A stretch of 64,000 nt of DNA, taken from NCBI GenBank assembly GCA_049999805.1, contig JBNGIO010006370.1, positions 249,212 to 313,211 on the forward strand, written 5' to 3'. This document shows positions 49,122 to 60,507 of the stretch, in pieces. Position 1 is the first letter of the stretch. Each line of letters begins with the position of its first letter. The DNA is from Folioceros fuciformis. Taxonomy: Eukaryota. The notes beneath the pieces are model-generated. The model searched no databases. It saw only the letters and a list, made by a program, of their open reading frames with translations, and was not told the origin of the DNA. The position numbers and the translations under genes were made by a program.

Positions 49122-51965
49122 ATGCTGTTACAGTTGTGTTGTCTGAAATGCTCATCACGTTGCCGTACCTTGATCTGGCAGCGGGTTGTTACTTACCGCA
49201 GGTACCCAGAGGACGTGAGCCAACTTTGTAAAGGTGGTCATTTGAAGGAAGCATTGATCCGTCTGGATAGCCTTGGTGAACTGGGAATTAGGGTATCCAC
49301 CAATAGTTACGTTTGTGTTTTGCAGGAATGCATTAAAAGGAAAGCCTTGCGACAAGGCAGGCACGTGCATGCTCAAATGATCAAAAGTGGGTTGGATTTG
49401 AATATTCCTCTGGGAAGAAGCCTTGTAAGACTCTATGCCACATGTGGACAACCTGCACTGGCACATGAGGTTTTCTGCCAGATGCCCGAGGAGGATTTGT
49501 TTGCATTGACTGGACTTCTAAAGGGGTATGTCGATAACGGTCGAGCTGCTGAGGCTTTGAAGGTATTCTATGGAGTACAAAGGAGCTGTAAGGTAGACAA
49601 GTTCGTGTATGCCATCATAATCAATGCATGCGCAAGTTTGTCCAGTTTGGTTGAGGGCAGGCGAGCTCATGCTCGGATGTTTGAAGATGGGGTCAAGGCG
49701 GATGTTCTGGTGGATAACCTACTCCTTGCCATGTATGTCAAGTGCGGTAGCATCCTGGACGCACAGAAGCACTTCGAGAGGATGGCACAGCGTGATGTAA
49801 TATCATGGAATACGATGATCAGCGGGCACATCCAACATGGGGGCGGTGTTGATGCATTGTGCTTGTTTCAAGAAATGCTGCGGATTGGCCAGCCCCCTGA
49901 CGTGGTCACCTTCATTTGTGCAGCAAATGCATGCTCCACTATAAGAGATCTGGGAAAGAGCAAGCTTGTCCATGAGTATATACGGAAGGCTGGCACAATC
50001 CACTGTGCGTCTTTAAGCAATGCTCTGGTGCACATGTATGCAAGATGTGGAAGCCTGCAAGATGCTCTGGAAGTGTTCAATGGCATGTCACAGAGAGATG
50101 TAGTTTCCTGGAATGCCATTATACAAGGACATGCTGAGCAAGGGCTCGTAGAAGAAAGTTTTCAACTTCTGAAGCAGATGTGTAGCTGTGGATTGAAGCC
50201 TAATGTGGTCACCTTTCTATCTATGTTGCGAGTGTGTACAAACAGGGCAGTACTGGAAGAATGTAAACAGCTCCATGATCTTGTCATCAGGAGCGGCCTT
50301 GAATCAGATGTCTTTGTTGGCAACTCAATTCTGGACATGTATTCAAAGTGCGGAAGCCTACAAGATGCACGTCAAGCGTTTGATGGGATGTCTGCCAAAA
50401 ATGTAGTTTCATGGACAACTATGGTTGGAGCATATGCTCATGCTGGGCTTGGTGAAGAGGCCCTTGATCTGTATGAATTGATGCAACTGAAGTCAGTGGA
50501 GCCAAACAAGGTCACCTTCGTTTGTGCCCTGAAAGCATGTGCCACAGCTAGGGCACTGGACATGGGAAGGAGGATCCACAAGGACATTATTAACTGTAGA
50601 GTTGCTTTTGATGTTGTGTTGGAAACAGCCCTGGTGGATATGTATGGTAAATGTGGGGTTATTGATGAAGCCCATCTGATTTTCGACAACATGTCCTGCA
50701 GAAGTGTGGCGACGTGGAATGCAATGATAGCGTCGTGTGCTCAGAGTGGACATGAGGAAACTGCTCTTAATATTTTCCAGAAAATGCAACGGGAAGCCGT
50801 TAAACCAGACGTGGTCACCTTTGTTTCAGTGCTGAATGCATGCTCTGGACTAGCAGCACTAAAGGATGGCCAACAAGTCCACGCTTACATGATTCGTTGT
50901 GGGGAAGAATTAGACAACATTGTGCAAAATGCACTGGTGGACATGTATACTAAGTGCGGGAGTCTAGATTCTGCTCAGCAAGTTTTTGACAACATGCACG
51001 TTCGAGATGTTGTCTCATGGAATGCTCTTATCAAAGGATATGCCCAACATGGGTATGGTGATCGAGCTATGAATCTCTTCAAGCAGATGCAGCAAGAGGG
51101 GGTGAAACCTGACTTAGTTACATTTGCAGCGGTTCTAAATGGATGTGCAAGCATGGGAGCTTTGGCACAAGGCAGGTGGATCCACACCCTCATAACCAGA
51201 AGTGGACTGAGTGGTGAGACCTTTGTTGAGAATGCGCTTATAGACATGTATTCGAAGTGTGGGAGCATAGATGATGCTCGTGAAGTGTTTTGCAGAATGA
51301 CCAAACGTGATCCAGTCTCATGGAGTACAATGATTGCTGGCTATGCTCAGCATGGTTGTAGCAACCACTCTCTGATCCTTTTTGAAGAACTACTGCAAGA
51401 AGGTGTACCAGTTGACCACATAACGTTTGTTGGAGTGCTGTCAGCTTGCAGCCGTGTTGGACTTATTGAACGAGGAGTTAAGTACTTCAAATCTATGTAC
51501 ACCGATCATGGCATCACCCCCACGGATGCGCACTATGCGTGCCTCGTAGACCTTCTAGGCCGAGCAGGTCAGCTTGATGAAGCTTTTGAGGCTGTGAAAG
51601 GAATGCGATTCCAGCCGAGTGTGATGGTGTGGACATCACTGCTGGCAGCCTGTAGAATTCATAGGGATATAGAGCTTGCAGAAGAAGCCGCCAAACAGAT
51701 AATTGCGCTGGAACCCCAAAATGCTGCTGCTTTTGTTTTGCTAGCAAACACTTACGCAGCAGCGGGTAGAAGAGACGACCAACTGAGAGTACGGCAGATG
51801 ATGAGAGACAGCGGTGTGAAGAAACAACCTGGGCGAAGTTGGATCAGCGTCGAGAACCATGTGCATTTGTTCAATGCAGAAGACCTGTCACACCCACAAC
51901 GTGATGAGATTTATGCCATGGTGCAACAGTTAAACATACAAATTTCAGAGCACGGCTGTGCTTAG
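49122..51965 (+). CDS. Long PLS-class PPR protein, E+ type with canonical PG box
   Basis: 947-aa ORF of PLS triplets (DVVSWNA, VTFVSVLNAC, LVDMYTKCGSL). Ends VKKQPGRSWISV...DLSHPQRDEIY... and stops before any HxE/CxxC motif. The true start may be in upstream exons. Confidence 0.93.
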   Translation: MLLQLCCLKCSSRCRTLIWQRVVTYRRYPEDVSQLCKGGHLKEALIRLDSLGELGIRVSTNSYVCVLQECIKRKALRQGRHVHAQMIKSGLDLNIPLGRSLVRLYATCGQPALAHEVFCQMPEEDLFALTGLLKGYVDNGRAAEALKVFYGVQRSCKVDKFVYAIIINACASLSSLVEGRRAHARMFEDGVKADVLVDNLLLAMYVKCGSILDAQKHFERMAQRDVISWNTMISGHIQHGGGVDALCLFQEMLRIGQPPDVVTFICAANACSTIRDLGKSKLVHEYIRKAGTIHCASLSNALVHMYARCGSLQDALEVFNGMSQRDVVSWNAIIQGHAEQGLVEESFQLLKQMCSCGLKPNVVTFLSMLRVCTNRAVLEECKQLHDLVIRSGLESDVFVGNSILDMYSKCGSLQDARQAFDGMSAKNVVSWTTMVGAYAHAGLGEEALDLYELMQLKSVEPNKVTFVCALKACATARALDMGRRIHKDIINCRVAFDVVLETALVDMYGKCGVIDEAHLIFDNMSCRSVATWNAMIASCAQSGHEETALNIFQKMQREAVKPDVVTFVSVLNACSGLAALKDGQQVHAYMIRCGEELDNIVQNALVDMYTKCGSLDSAQQVFDNMHVRDVVSWNALIKGYAQHGYGDRAMNLFKQMQQEGVKPDLVTFAAVLNGCASMGALAQGRWIHTLITRSGLSGETFVENALIDMYSKCGSIDDAREVFCRMTKRDPVSWSTMIAGYAQHGCSNHSLILFEELLQEGVPVDHITFVGVLSACSRVGLIERGVKYFKSMYTDHGITPTDAHYACLVDLLGRAGQLDEAFEAVKGMRFQPSVMVWTSLLAACRIHRDIELAEEAAKQIIALEPQNAAAFVLLANTYAAAGRRDDQLRVRQMMRDSGVKKQPGRSWISVENHVHLFNAEDLSHPQRDEIYAMVQQLNIQISEHGCA

Positions 51966-53317
51966 ATTTGGTGTTCACATTGGCTACTATCTACGAGGGG
52001 CATCGGACGCCTGGACGACAAAGATACAGTTTCTGCCGACCGTGGGCAGGGGCCGAGAGGATGGCGCGCTCCGACGACGTTGAAAATCCTGGCGATCATG
52101 AAGACAGAAGTACCTCATCCATCTGAAGGATATTCGATTTGCTGAATCCCTTGAATAGAACGTGTCGTCCAAAAGTTTGAAAACTTGTCAATTCTTGTGA
52201 CTGGGGTGGCATGGCGATATGCGAAGGCTTGACTTCTTCGGTTGAAAGCAACATTGTAGGTTTGGTGATATGAGCCACGAGGAAAACCACAAGGTATTCG
52301 CAATACGGGTCAAGCTTGCAGACCATGCACAGCATCAAGTGAAAACGGTCTGGACCTGGCAATACCCAGGTAGGAGAAAACAACAATGATCCCAACATTT
52401 CATCGGGTTGCCATATTCATCCTGTGGGAATGGAGATGACATCTTACCCTTTAAGAAAGGCAACGCTATCTGCAGTTTGCCAGGTGTCGGCGTCTTCTGG
52501 ATGAGGGGCCTGAGCCTATCTCTTATGGCCATCGACCCTGAAATCAGTTCGTCGGTCGTCAGTCAAGTAGCTGACCCACCCACGGTCATCTCATGTGGAG
52601 CTACAATCTGTGGCATTCTTCTTCCGAGTACATAACATGACATTGTGGGGAGAAAGTTACAGTTCAGCTTCCCATATGGAATGTGCTCCTCTTCGTTGTG
52701 ATCACAGTAAAAAATGTGACCATACAATTTGATCAGTTCATCACGCTTCCTCCAAACAGCCAACGCCGCTGCCATGGCTTGAAAGGGACCCAAGGCCAGG
52801 GCGCTCCTCTTCGTAGCAAATAACAGGACCTTGGCGAAAGCAAGTTCTGAGTTTCCTGGCTATGAGTTTCCAGAGCATGGTTGTAATCAGCTTCAAGATG
52901 AAGAGAACTGTCATCAACCTTTAATACGTAAGGTCGCCAAAGTGCTGAACCAATTGAACGTATTTCCGTGCCCAAACAGTTGCGTATGCAACCTCACAAT
53001 TGTCCATGCTGTGCCAAGGAGCGTGGTCGCACAGGGCCGGCGTTCGATACCACAGCGGGTTGACGGCTAGCGGTTTGGGGACATGAGATTGAGAAACCTT
53101 CGACTTTGACACATTTGCGATTTCCATCCTATTTCTGGGAACTTCACATACCCTGGGTAGTCGAGGTTGCAGGCTACGACAACCTGGGGACTACAGGCAT
53201 CTTGACGTAAAATCCCGCATTTCGACGCGAAAGCCTGCATCTGGACTTTTCCCTTTCACGATATAATTTGCAGAAAGACCAGTTGCTTCGCATGTTGGAC
53301 TAAAACATAAACCAGAA

Positions 53318-55630
53318 TCATCCTGCAGATGCGCAAAATCGATCCTCGGAATCACTACCAACCTCTGCATCTATCTGCATTTGCAGCTCGTGGCAATCGG
53401 AAGGTGACTGACTACACAAGGTCTTGTTTGAAATGCCTTTAAAAACAGCAAAAGCATCAGGATGACAACTCAGAAATCGCGTAGCAAACGCGTCCTCTGA
53501 CACAACAAAGATTGTCCCCCAGGCGTAGTCCTTCTTCACGCACCCTGTCTGTTTGAGCAATTGAATCACCCTCCAGCGAGGCTTCATTCTCTGTTCAAGA
53601 CTGTAGCTCAGCAAAGCTGGAGTGCGGACTATGGCAGCCAAAGGAAGCCCAATATCCCTGAAAAAATTCATCTTCTCTGTCATGTAATCCTCCTTCACAT
53701 GGAAAATGGAAGGCTGCCGCATAACTAAGGACGTAACATCAGACCCAGAAAATCCAAAACTCAAAAGATGCTGATATCGAGCTCTCACTGTAGTGGCACC
53801 AATGCTGAAACAAAATGCTACACCATTGGCCATGGCAAGTGATCCCTCCTCGAACCCTAAATCCACTAGGAGTTTGACCAATACTGCAAGGCTTCCATCC
53901 ACAGCATGTGTAAGGACACGAGGCCGGCTGGCCACTAGTCTGCACAGCTTATCCCTCTGCAGCCCTATCCCTTGAAGAAAGGCCAAAGTCGGCTTCATCG
54001 ATCCTTCCACACTTCTTAACATCAGAGTTGGGCATGATGAAATCACCCTGCCAATCACTTGTTTCTTGATCCCAATGGACAACAGGAATTCAACCTTAGG
54101 AACCATAGAGCTTTGAACGCTCAAATCCATAATGCCTGGTGCTTTTTCGAATACCCTTTTGATGTTTACACCTAGGCTCTCTAGGTACGCAATTTTAGGC
54201 ATCAAGTTCTTTTCGATGCTATAATACAGAAGTTGTGGACAACGATCGATGATAGAACCAATGCTACTTTCAGCCACCCCTCTGTCACGCAAGAACTGGA
54301 GCTTAGGTAGCATAGTCTTTGCCATACTGAGACCAAGAATCTGGGGGCAACGCTGGAATATTGAAGGTAGTCTATTCCTTGGGACACCAATTTTCTCCAG
54401 GAACTCTATCTTAGGCTGAAGATTCTTCTCAGGACTCCTGTCAAGCAAGGATGGGTTAGAGGCAACAAAACTTTTGATATCACTGCCAACCGTCTGCAGA
54501 TACTCCATCTTGGATGCCAGATTACTCATCACTACCAACTGTGGGTGGCTTTGTATTGTCCTTGAGATCAGCAACGTGGACACCCCCAAGTCCCAGAGAA
54601 CTTGGATATTGTCAGATGCTTTGCTCCCATTGTCTCGAATCACTTCCTCAGGATTATACCTCAGGAGGAACCCAACAATCTCTTGCTTCAGTCCAATTCT
54701 TTCTACACATTGCAGCAAAGGTTGCAGCTCTTCTTCCAAATTGGTACTCAGAATCTTAGGGCAAACTTGCAACACGTCAACCAAATGACGGGTCGGAACT
54801 CCCAGCCTCTGCAGGGACAGAATCCTCTCTCGCATATCACTCGGACTACACTTCAGAAGTGTCATGCCGTCTTTCTCTACCAGTTTCCACAACCTGGTCA
54901 TGGGTAATCCATGTCTTTCCAATTCAGCTGCCAGGGCCAGTAGGCCACAATCCCCCTCCAGCTCAAAGGATGTTGAAGCCAACGTGTCAGCAATTCGCCC
55001 GGGATCTAGGCCAATGCTCTCTAGGAAAGGTTCTAACTCATTCACGTCATGTCTACTGAGGTAATCTTCAGCACAAAGGCGTAGCAAATCAGTCTTGCTG
55101 TCCTTCCCCTTACAATCCAATAGCAATTCCTGAAACACCTGATCATGCTTTACAGCCAGCACTAGCTTTCTAACAAAACTTGGGGAGTTCCTGCTTATGA
55201 AAGCAGTATACGCTGGGTTGATGTGCTTGCAATATTCCAGGTAGCTTTGCAGACAGTCAGCACCTGCTTTTATCTCATGTGTCCAGATCTTCATCCCTTT
55301 GGGTGCCTTGGCATCCAGCACAGTATTAGGCTGTGCCTTGGTTCCCACATGCCGTCGTCCTAGAAACCTGTGACAGGGACCCCACTTCGACAAAGCCTTC
55401 CCACCATTCCAAGGCAGTGACAGTTGAGATGAACATTTCAGCAAATCTACTTCCCTCTTCAGCACACTGGCAGCGTTGGGGCACATCAAGGTATCATATT
55501 GCTTCGACATCCAGACCGGAGCCAACATAAGAGGCAAGTCAGCTGACCCACCGTCATTCTGCTGCTGGCTAGCCCTGAGCTTGCCTAGCAGTCTGCCTGC
55601 TGCTCGCCTGCAGTGCGCATTGCACCACAT
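53318..55630 (-). CDS. mTERF family protein, intronless
   Basis: Repeated LxPKIxFLxxIG...PQILGLS / PQLLYYSIEKNLMPK units and terminal PALLSYSLEQRMKPR. N-terminus resembles an organellar targeting peptide. Confidence 0.92.
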   Translation of the reverse strand: MWCNAHCRRAAGRLLGKLRASQQQNDGGSADLPLMLAPVWMSKQYDTLMCPNAASVLKREVDLLKCSSQLSLPWNGGKALSKWGPCHRFLGRRHVGTKAQPNTVLDAKAPKGMKIWTHEIKAGADCLQSYLEYCKHINPAYTAFISRNSPSFVRKLVLAVKHDQVFQELLLDCKGKDSKTDLLRLCAEDYLSRHDVNELEPFLESIGLDPGRIADTLASTSFELEGDCGLLALAAELERHGLPMTRLWKLVEKDGMTLLKCSPSDMRERILSLQRLGVPTRHLVDVLQVCPKILSTNLEEELQPLLQCVERIGLKQEIVGFLLRYNPEEVIRDNGSKASDNIQVLWDLGVSTLLISRTIQSHPQLVVMSNLASKMEYLQTVGSDIKSFVASNPSLLDRSPEKNLQPKIEFLEKIGVPRNRLPSIFQRCPQILGLSMAKTMLPKLQFLRDRGVAESSIGSIIDRCPQLLYYSIEKNLMPKIAYLESLGVNIKRVFEKAPGIMDLSVQSSMVPKVEFLLSIGIKKQVIGRVISSCPTLMLRSVEGSMKPTLAFLQGIGLQRDKLCRLVASRPRVLTHAVDGSLAVLVKLLVDLGFEEGSLAMANGVAFCFSIGATTVRARYQHLLSFGFSGSDVTSLVMRQPSIFHVKEDYMTEKMNFFRDIGLPLAAIVRTPALLSYSLEQRMKPRWRVIQLLKQTGCVKKDYAWGTIFVVSEDAFATRFLSCHPDAFAVFKGISNKTLCSQSPSDCHELQMQIDAEVGSDSEDRFCASAG

Positions 55631-56127
55631 GACAAGCTTTTTCAACGGGGACTATCGCGAATCATCCCTCCTGTACCATGTTCACAAAGCGTGAGCTTTC
55701 GCGGGGCGAACCGACCCGCTTATCCTCCCTCACCCCTCAAGCAAACCTCCGAACCCTTAACTTCATCGCACCGTTCGTACCAGTAGCGTTGGAAGTTAAG
55801 GGAACCGGGGAGGAATTGGATCCCGGGAGGGATTGGCCAAATATAGTGAAGTGACACGAGCGGAATGGGACGGCGCGGGAGGCCCGAGCAACTTCCGGCG
55901 ATACTGTAGTTGGTTTTATTCTTAAGGGTTTTAGGGTTTAAGGGAGAGAAAAAAAACCGGAAGAGGCGTAAAAACCTGAAGAGTAGGAAAAGAAACCCGA
56001 AGACAGCCGAAGGCCAAAAAAGGGACAGGCTGGTAAACAAGCATGTCTATGTTCAAGTCAGTAACTGAAACATCCCATTCGATTAGAAGGCAGCATTCCA
56101 GCATGCCAAGCCCACTACTGGACCGAT

Positions 56128-57290
56128 TCAGACAAAGCCACCAACATCTGCCATGGCACGCTCTGCATCTCGTCCGGACTTGTCCAAGCTAGCTACATGA
56201 TCAAGCTGGCGGAGTGCTTCGTAGACTCCAATCCCCACAGACACTGAAAGGTTCAAGCATCTGACGTAGGTCTCGCAGATGGGAATGCGAGCAGCACCGC
56301 CCGCATGCACTCCATCTGTGCTCTCTCGAATGGCTGCACTGGGAAGGCCATCAACCTCCGACCCAAACAATAACCAGTCCCCAGGCCTGTACGTGACATC
56401 CTGGCCAGTCCAACAAACGCACAGTATCACCACAGCCCACCTTACAGAATGTGAAGAGCAGACAAGAGCAACACCAGTGTACCGTATACAAGGTAGTGCC
56501 TCTCTTGGTGAACGCCACCAATCTCTTTTCACCTTCCTGCTTCAGGAAGTACTGGAAGAATTCGTCCCAACTCGGGTGAATCCGAACTACAACGTATCTG
56601 TGGCAGGTTAGGTCAAGCTAGTCCGGAACGGAATGGGCAAGAGATGAAGAAGAAAGGCAGGCCCTAGCCTGGGGTTAGGATACGGCCAGTAATCTAAGCC
56701 AGCTCGCTTGAGCTTCGCGTCAGAAATCTGGTACCCTAGTGGCTGGAACACAGACACGGAAGACAGGTTTATGCCAAGCAACCGCAGGTGCAGGATGCAG
56801 TTCAGCTGCTTCCAAGACACTGGCAGTACCTCGACTAAGTGTAACGCGACTTCAGCAGCGGCACATGTCCTGGCAATGCTGCCTGTGTTGCCGGGGATCT
56901 GAGAGCAGGCTGGTCATGATCAGCAGGCAGTAGAAGAACGAGTGGAGAAAGCTTGAATGGAGCTACATACCTGAGGTGATACCAAGACAACATTGAGGAG
57001 CTTGAGACCCGACTGAACCGTCTCGTGTGGCCTCTTACTCACGTCCGTGACGAGCTCCGTGCTTCCATTCTGCACAGCTGCCATGCAGACACTACAGGAA
57101 AAAGATGAGCATACATGGCTCGCGGGAGCTCGCCATCCGATTCCGATGAGGAAACATGCACTTCGGACCTGCGATCAATGCGACCTTTGGTGCACCCGCG
57201 AATCGCCGCAGGTGCATGGCTCCGCCGGGCGTAGGATGACCTCCAGGAGCAGAGAGGGGAGGGCGCCATCGCCCTTCTCGCCGCCATCAT
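56128..57290 (-). CDS. trmL: tRNA (cytidine/uridine-34 2'-O)-methyltransferase, TrmL/SpoU family, multi-exon
   Basis: NVVLVSPQ|IPGNTGSIARTCAA, PLGYQISDAKLKRAGLDYWP, WLLFGSEVDGLP, VRCLNLSVSVGIGVYEALRQL. Arg/Ser/Ala-rich N-terminus. Confidence 0.9.
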
Positions 57291-58867
57291 CTCTTCTGGT
57301 CGCTTCAAGCCTTTGCCTCCGTGTAACGGCGGATTGCAGAATTGCGTTCACCGAATGCATCTCGTTTTTCTCTCTTCCTTCGAGTAAATTCGTTACTGCA
57401 TAATCGGAGCTGGACTTTTCGCTGCTATTCCGGCCCTTTTGCTTTCAACCTCCGAGTCAGGCTTCCACGCATTCCAGACGGATGCGAGGAATCAGAGTCA
57501 CGCCATCGGCAGAAATCGTCCGGCATTGCCAAAAGCCAGGAAGGAACAGGCTGAAGAAGCACAAGTACAGCGTTCTCACATGCGAACTAGGCCTCTTCTA
57601 GGACTAACCTGCCGGGAGCTATGGAGGGATGGTCTGCCTCACCGCACCCATCTGTAATCAGGAATGATTGACGTAGCTGAAAATCACGAACTTAAAGACT
57701 TCATTGAAATAGAAGACAGAAAGTCCATCAACCAAGACACAAAGAGAAGAACGACCTAAGGACGGGCACGAAGCCGGAAGCACTGCAGATAGGCCAAACT
57801 CCCATTGTGCATTCATGGGCCATGTGTGAAGGAAATCTGTCTTCTGTCAGCTTCAATGAAATTCTTCCTCTGTGGCAGAGGCCTGTAAAGAAGAGTAATG
57901 TATTCACGGAAGCCCAGCATCAGGGCTTGAGGTGCTTGTAAGGTGCGAAGGTTCGCAGCGAAGACCCCAATCCTTTTGCTTGGATTCTTGCTTTGTCTGC
58001 CAGTCCCTTCACCTTCCACAGAAAGGTGTACACTCCTTTTGGCCACCACGAGTAGCCTTGTTCTTCACCTCCTGCGGAATGATTACGTCTGTTCATCTAC
58101 TAGTTTAAGAGTAGAATTGATGTTTGTTATGCAAATGCACAAGCGGTTCATCAGCATCTTTTGTGCTAGAGATGGAAAAGGGTTTACCGACCACTCCTTG
58201 TCAAGGTTTATGAAGGAGATGCGAGTAGGAAGCGTAATTAAATCCATGTTCCTGGCGCGGCATTACCAATGTGACGATCCAGGTCGCATGTCCGGGTGAG
58301 CGACAACCCGAGGCGAACTCACCTATCTGGGGACGTAACTGCGCCGGCTGTTGACGATGTGATCAAGCAGCTAACGGAACGTTCATTTCGTGTGGAACGA
58401 AGATCCATTCTATATCAAGTTCATGGATCCTTGGAATCTCTGAACATCCCTGGAATCCTTCAAATGGAGGATTCTTTGCTTCTAGCTGTGACGGTTAAGC
58501 AGTTATAAGTTCAGGTGCAGAATTCCATCGGCCTCGGAACACGTTCTCGGCGCGACCTGATTGGAGACGAGCTCACCACCACTTCTTGTGAGGCACTTGA
58601 CAGACGTCCCTGTAGTCCTGAAATCTGGGATACTTTCAATTGCCGCCGGGTGTGCGAGAACTACATAGCTGTCTAGAGCTCGGTCCAGGTCATAGTCTGG
58701 GTGCCAACTTCGTCATTAGAAACCAGACATGAAACGTTCTTGTCCTGGCCTCGACCGCTTTGGAGAGGTGTCTGCATCGCTGCACAGTAACAATTGTCGA
58801 ATCCGAGACAGTTGAACAACGTTGTTTCTGCTGTTTGCATGCGTCTGTCATGTTAGGGTTGCGTGAT

Positions 58868-59690
58868 CTGATGTGTCCGGAAGACATCACCCGTTGCTTG
58901 CCCCTCCTCATTGGCTAAGTGGCAGATGCCGCAGTACGTAGAAGCGATGTGTCTGAAGGAAATCAATCTCTGCCCGCCTCTCTGCGTAGACTAAGTAGCT
59001 GCACATGGCACTATAGCAGTGATGTGTCAGAAGGACATCAGACTCTGCTTGCCTCTCTGTGTAGGCTCAGTAACTGATGTAGCAGTGCAGTTGTGATGTG
59101 TCTGAGAGACGTCAGTCTCTGCCTGCTTCGCTGCATGATTGAGATTGATTTGGAAGAGGCATCAACCTCTGCTGGCCTCTGTGCAAACGCATTAGGAGTG
59201 GTGGACATCACTGAACGTATCTGAAAGACATCACTCTCTGCTTGCCCTCAAGCTCTGCGTGGGGTTTAGAAGTAATGGAGTTCTGGCAGATGTAGATACT
59301 TCGTTTGCTTCTGTGTCTGAAAGACATACAGCCGTTGTGTGCCTCCCTACTTACGCTAGTCGCCATTCGGGCATGTCTGAGTGTTGCTTGCCTCTATGCC
59401 TAGGGTTGTAGTTCTGGTGTGTGTGATAGTGATCAAATCGCTCGTTGTTTGCCTCTGTGCCTAGAATTGTAGCACTGGTGTTTGAAAGAATGATCGATGT
59501 CGCTCTTTGCTTGCCTCTGCGCCTAGGATTGCAGTACTGGTGTTCGAAAGAATGATCAATGTCGCTCTTTTCTTGCCCTGTGCCCAGGATTGTAGTGCTG
59601 ATGTTTGAAATGATCATCAATGTCGCTGTTTGCTTGCCTCCGTGCCTAGGACTGTAAGACTGATTGTTGTTGGAACGACATCACCTGTTT
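58868..59690. repeat. Degenerate tandem array: about 75-bp units grading into about 62-bp units
   Basis: Recurrent core tgtgtctgaaagacatca...tgcttgcctct(g/c)tg. The 3' block has the unit tgtttgaaagaatgatcaatgtcgctctttgcttgcctctgtgcctaggattgtagtactgg in about 5 copies. Confidence 0.8.
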
Positions 59691-59721
59691 GCGTCCAGGG
59701 TTTATCAAGGAGGAACTAGTC

Positions 59722-60507
59722 ATGGATTTCAGAGGCGCATTTTTCCTGCTGTTGGTTGTGCTACGCACTTGCAGGGCCGACGGGCCATCGCTGTCCGACC
59801 CGACACTGAAGGAGATCGCGCAGGAGCTGGTGTCGAGCGCAGAGAACTCGTCGCTGGATTGGCAAGCTCAGTACGGGTACATCGAGGACATCGGCGACGG
59901 GAGAGGCTACACGGCGGGGATCGTAGGCTTCTGCTCCGGCACGGGGGACATGGTGCAGGTGGTGGAGCTCTACGCGCAGCGGAAGCCCGACGACAACGTG
60001 CTTGCCAAGTACCTGCCGGCCCTGCGGAAGCTGGCCGCGGAAGGGAGCCCGTCTCACAAAGGGCTGGACCCCTCCTACCCTCACGACTGGCGGAAGGCGG
60101 CCAAGGACCCCGCCTTCCAGGAGGCACAGGACGACATGCGCGACAGCATTTACTTCAACCCCTCAGTCCAGCAAGGACAACAGGACGGGCTCCGTCCACT
60201 GGGACAGTTCGCGTACTACGACGCGGCTGTGATGCATGGAACCGACGGCATGGAGGCTATTCGGGGCCGCGCGCTCAGGCGAGCGGATCCGCCGGCTGCA
60301 GGTGGCGACGAGTCCGCCTGGTTGAGAGTGTATCTGGACGAGCGCAAGAAGGAGATGCGTAAGGAGGCCGCGCACGAGGACACCAGCCGCGTCGATACCG
60401 AGCAGCTCGTCTTCCTCCGCCAGAAGAACTTCGATCTCAACCTGCCGCTTCACTGGAAGGTCTACGGCGACTCGTACCATATTACGCACATTCCACATCG
60501 TCCTTGA
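59722..60507 (+). CDS. csn: Secreted chitosanase, glycoside hydrolase family 46, actinobacterial type, intronless
   Basis: Signal peptide MDFRGAFFLLLVVLRTCRA, then KEIAQELVSSAENSSLDWQAQYGYIEDIGDGRGYTAGIVGFCSGTGDM (GH46 signature with catalytic Glu and Asp), LAKYLPAL, LGQFAYYDAAVMHG, EAAHEDTSRVDTEQ and PLHWKVYGD. Confidence 0.96.
   Translation: MDFRGAFFLLLVVLRTCRADGPSLSDPTLKEIAQELVSSAENSSLDWQAQYGYIEDIGDGRGYTAGIVGFCSGTGDMVQVVELYAQRKPDDNVLAKYLPALRKLAAEGSPSHKGLDPSYPHDWRKAAKDPAFQEAQDDMRDSIYFNPSVQQGQQDGLRPLGQFAYYDAAVMHGTDGMEAIRGRALRRADPPAAGGDESAWLRVYLDERKKEMRKEAAHEDTSRVDTEQLVFLRQKNFDLNLPLHWKVYGDSYHITHIPHRP

Noticed and set aside
57600-58700. Possible decayed NLR/NB-ARC remnant
   Set aside because: No convincing P-loop, GLPL or MHD motif was seen.
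58868-59690. CRISPR or snoRNA-cluster reading of the repeat array
   Set aside because: Units are degenerate along their whole length, intervening segments are related to each other, and C/D boxes are not consistently present.
59664-60362. 232-aa alternative-frame ORF over the chitosanase
   Set aside because: Arg/Gly/Ala-rich shadow expected from high GC at third codon positions; no recognisable domain.
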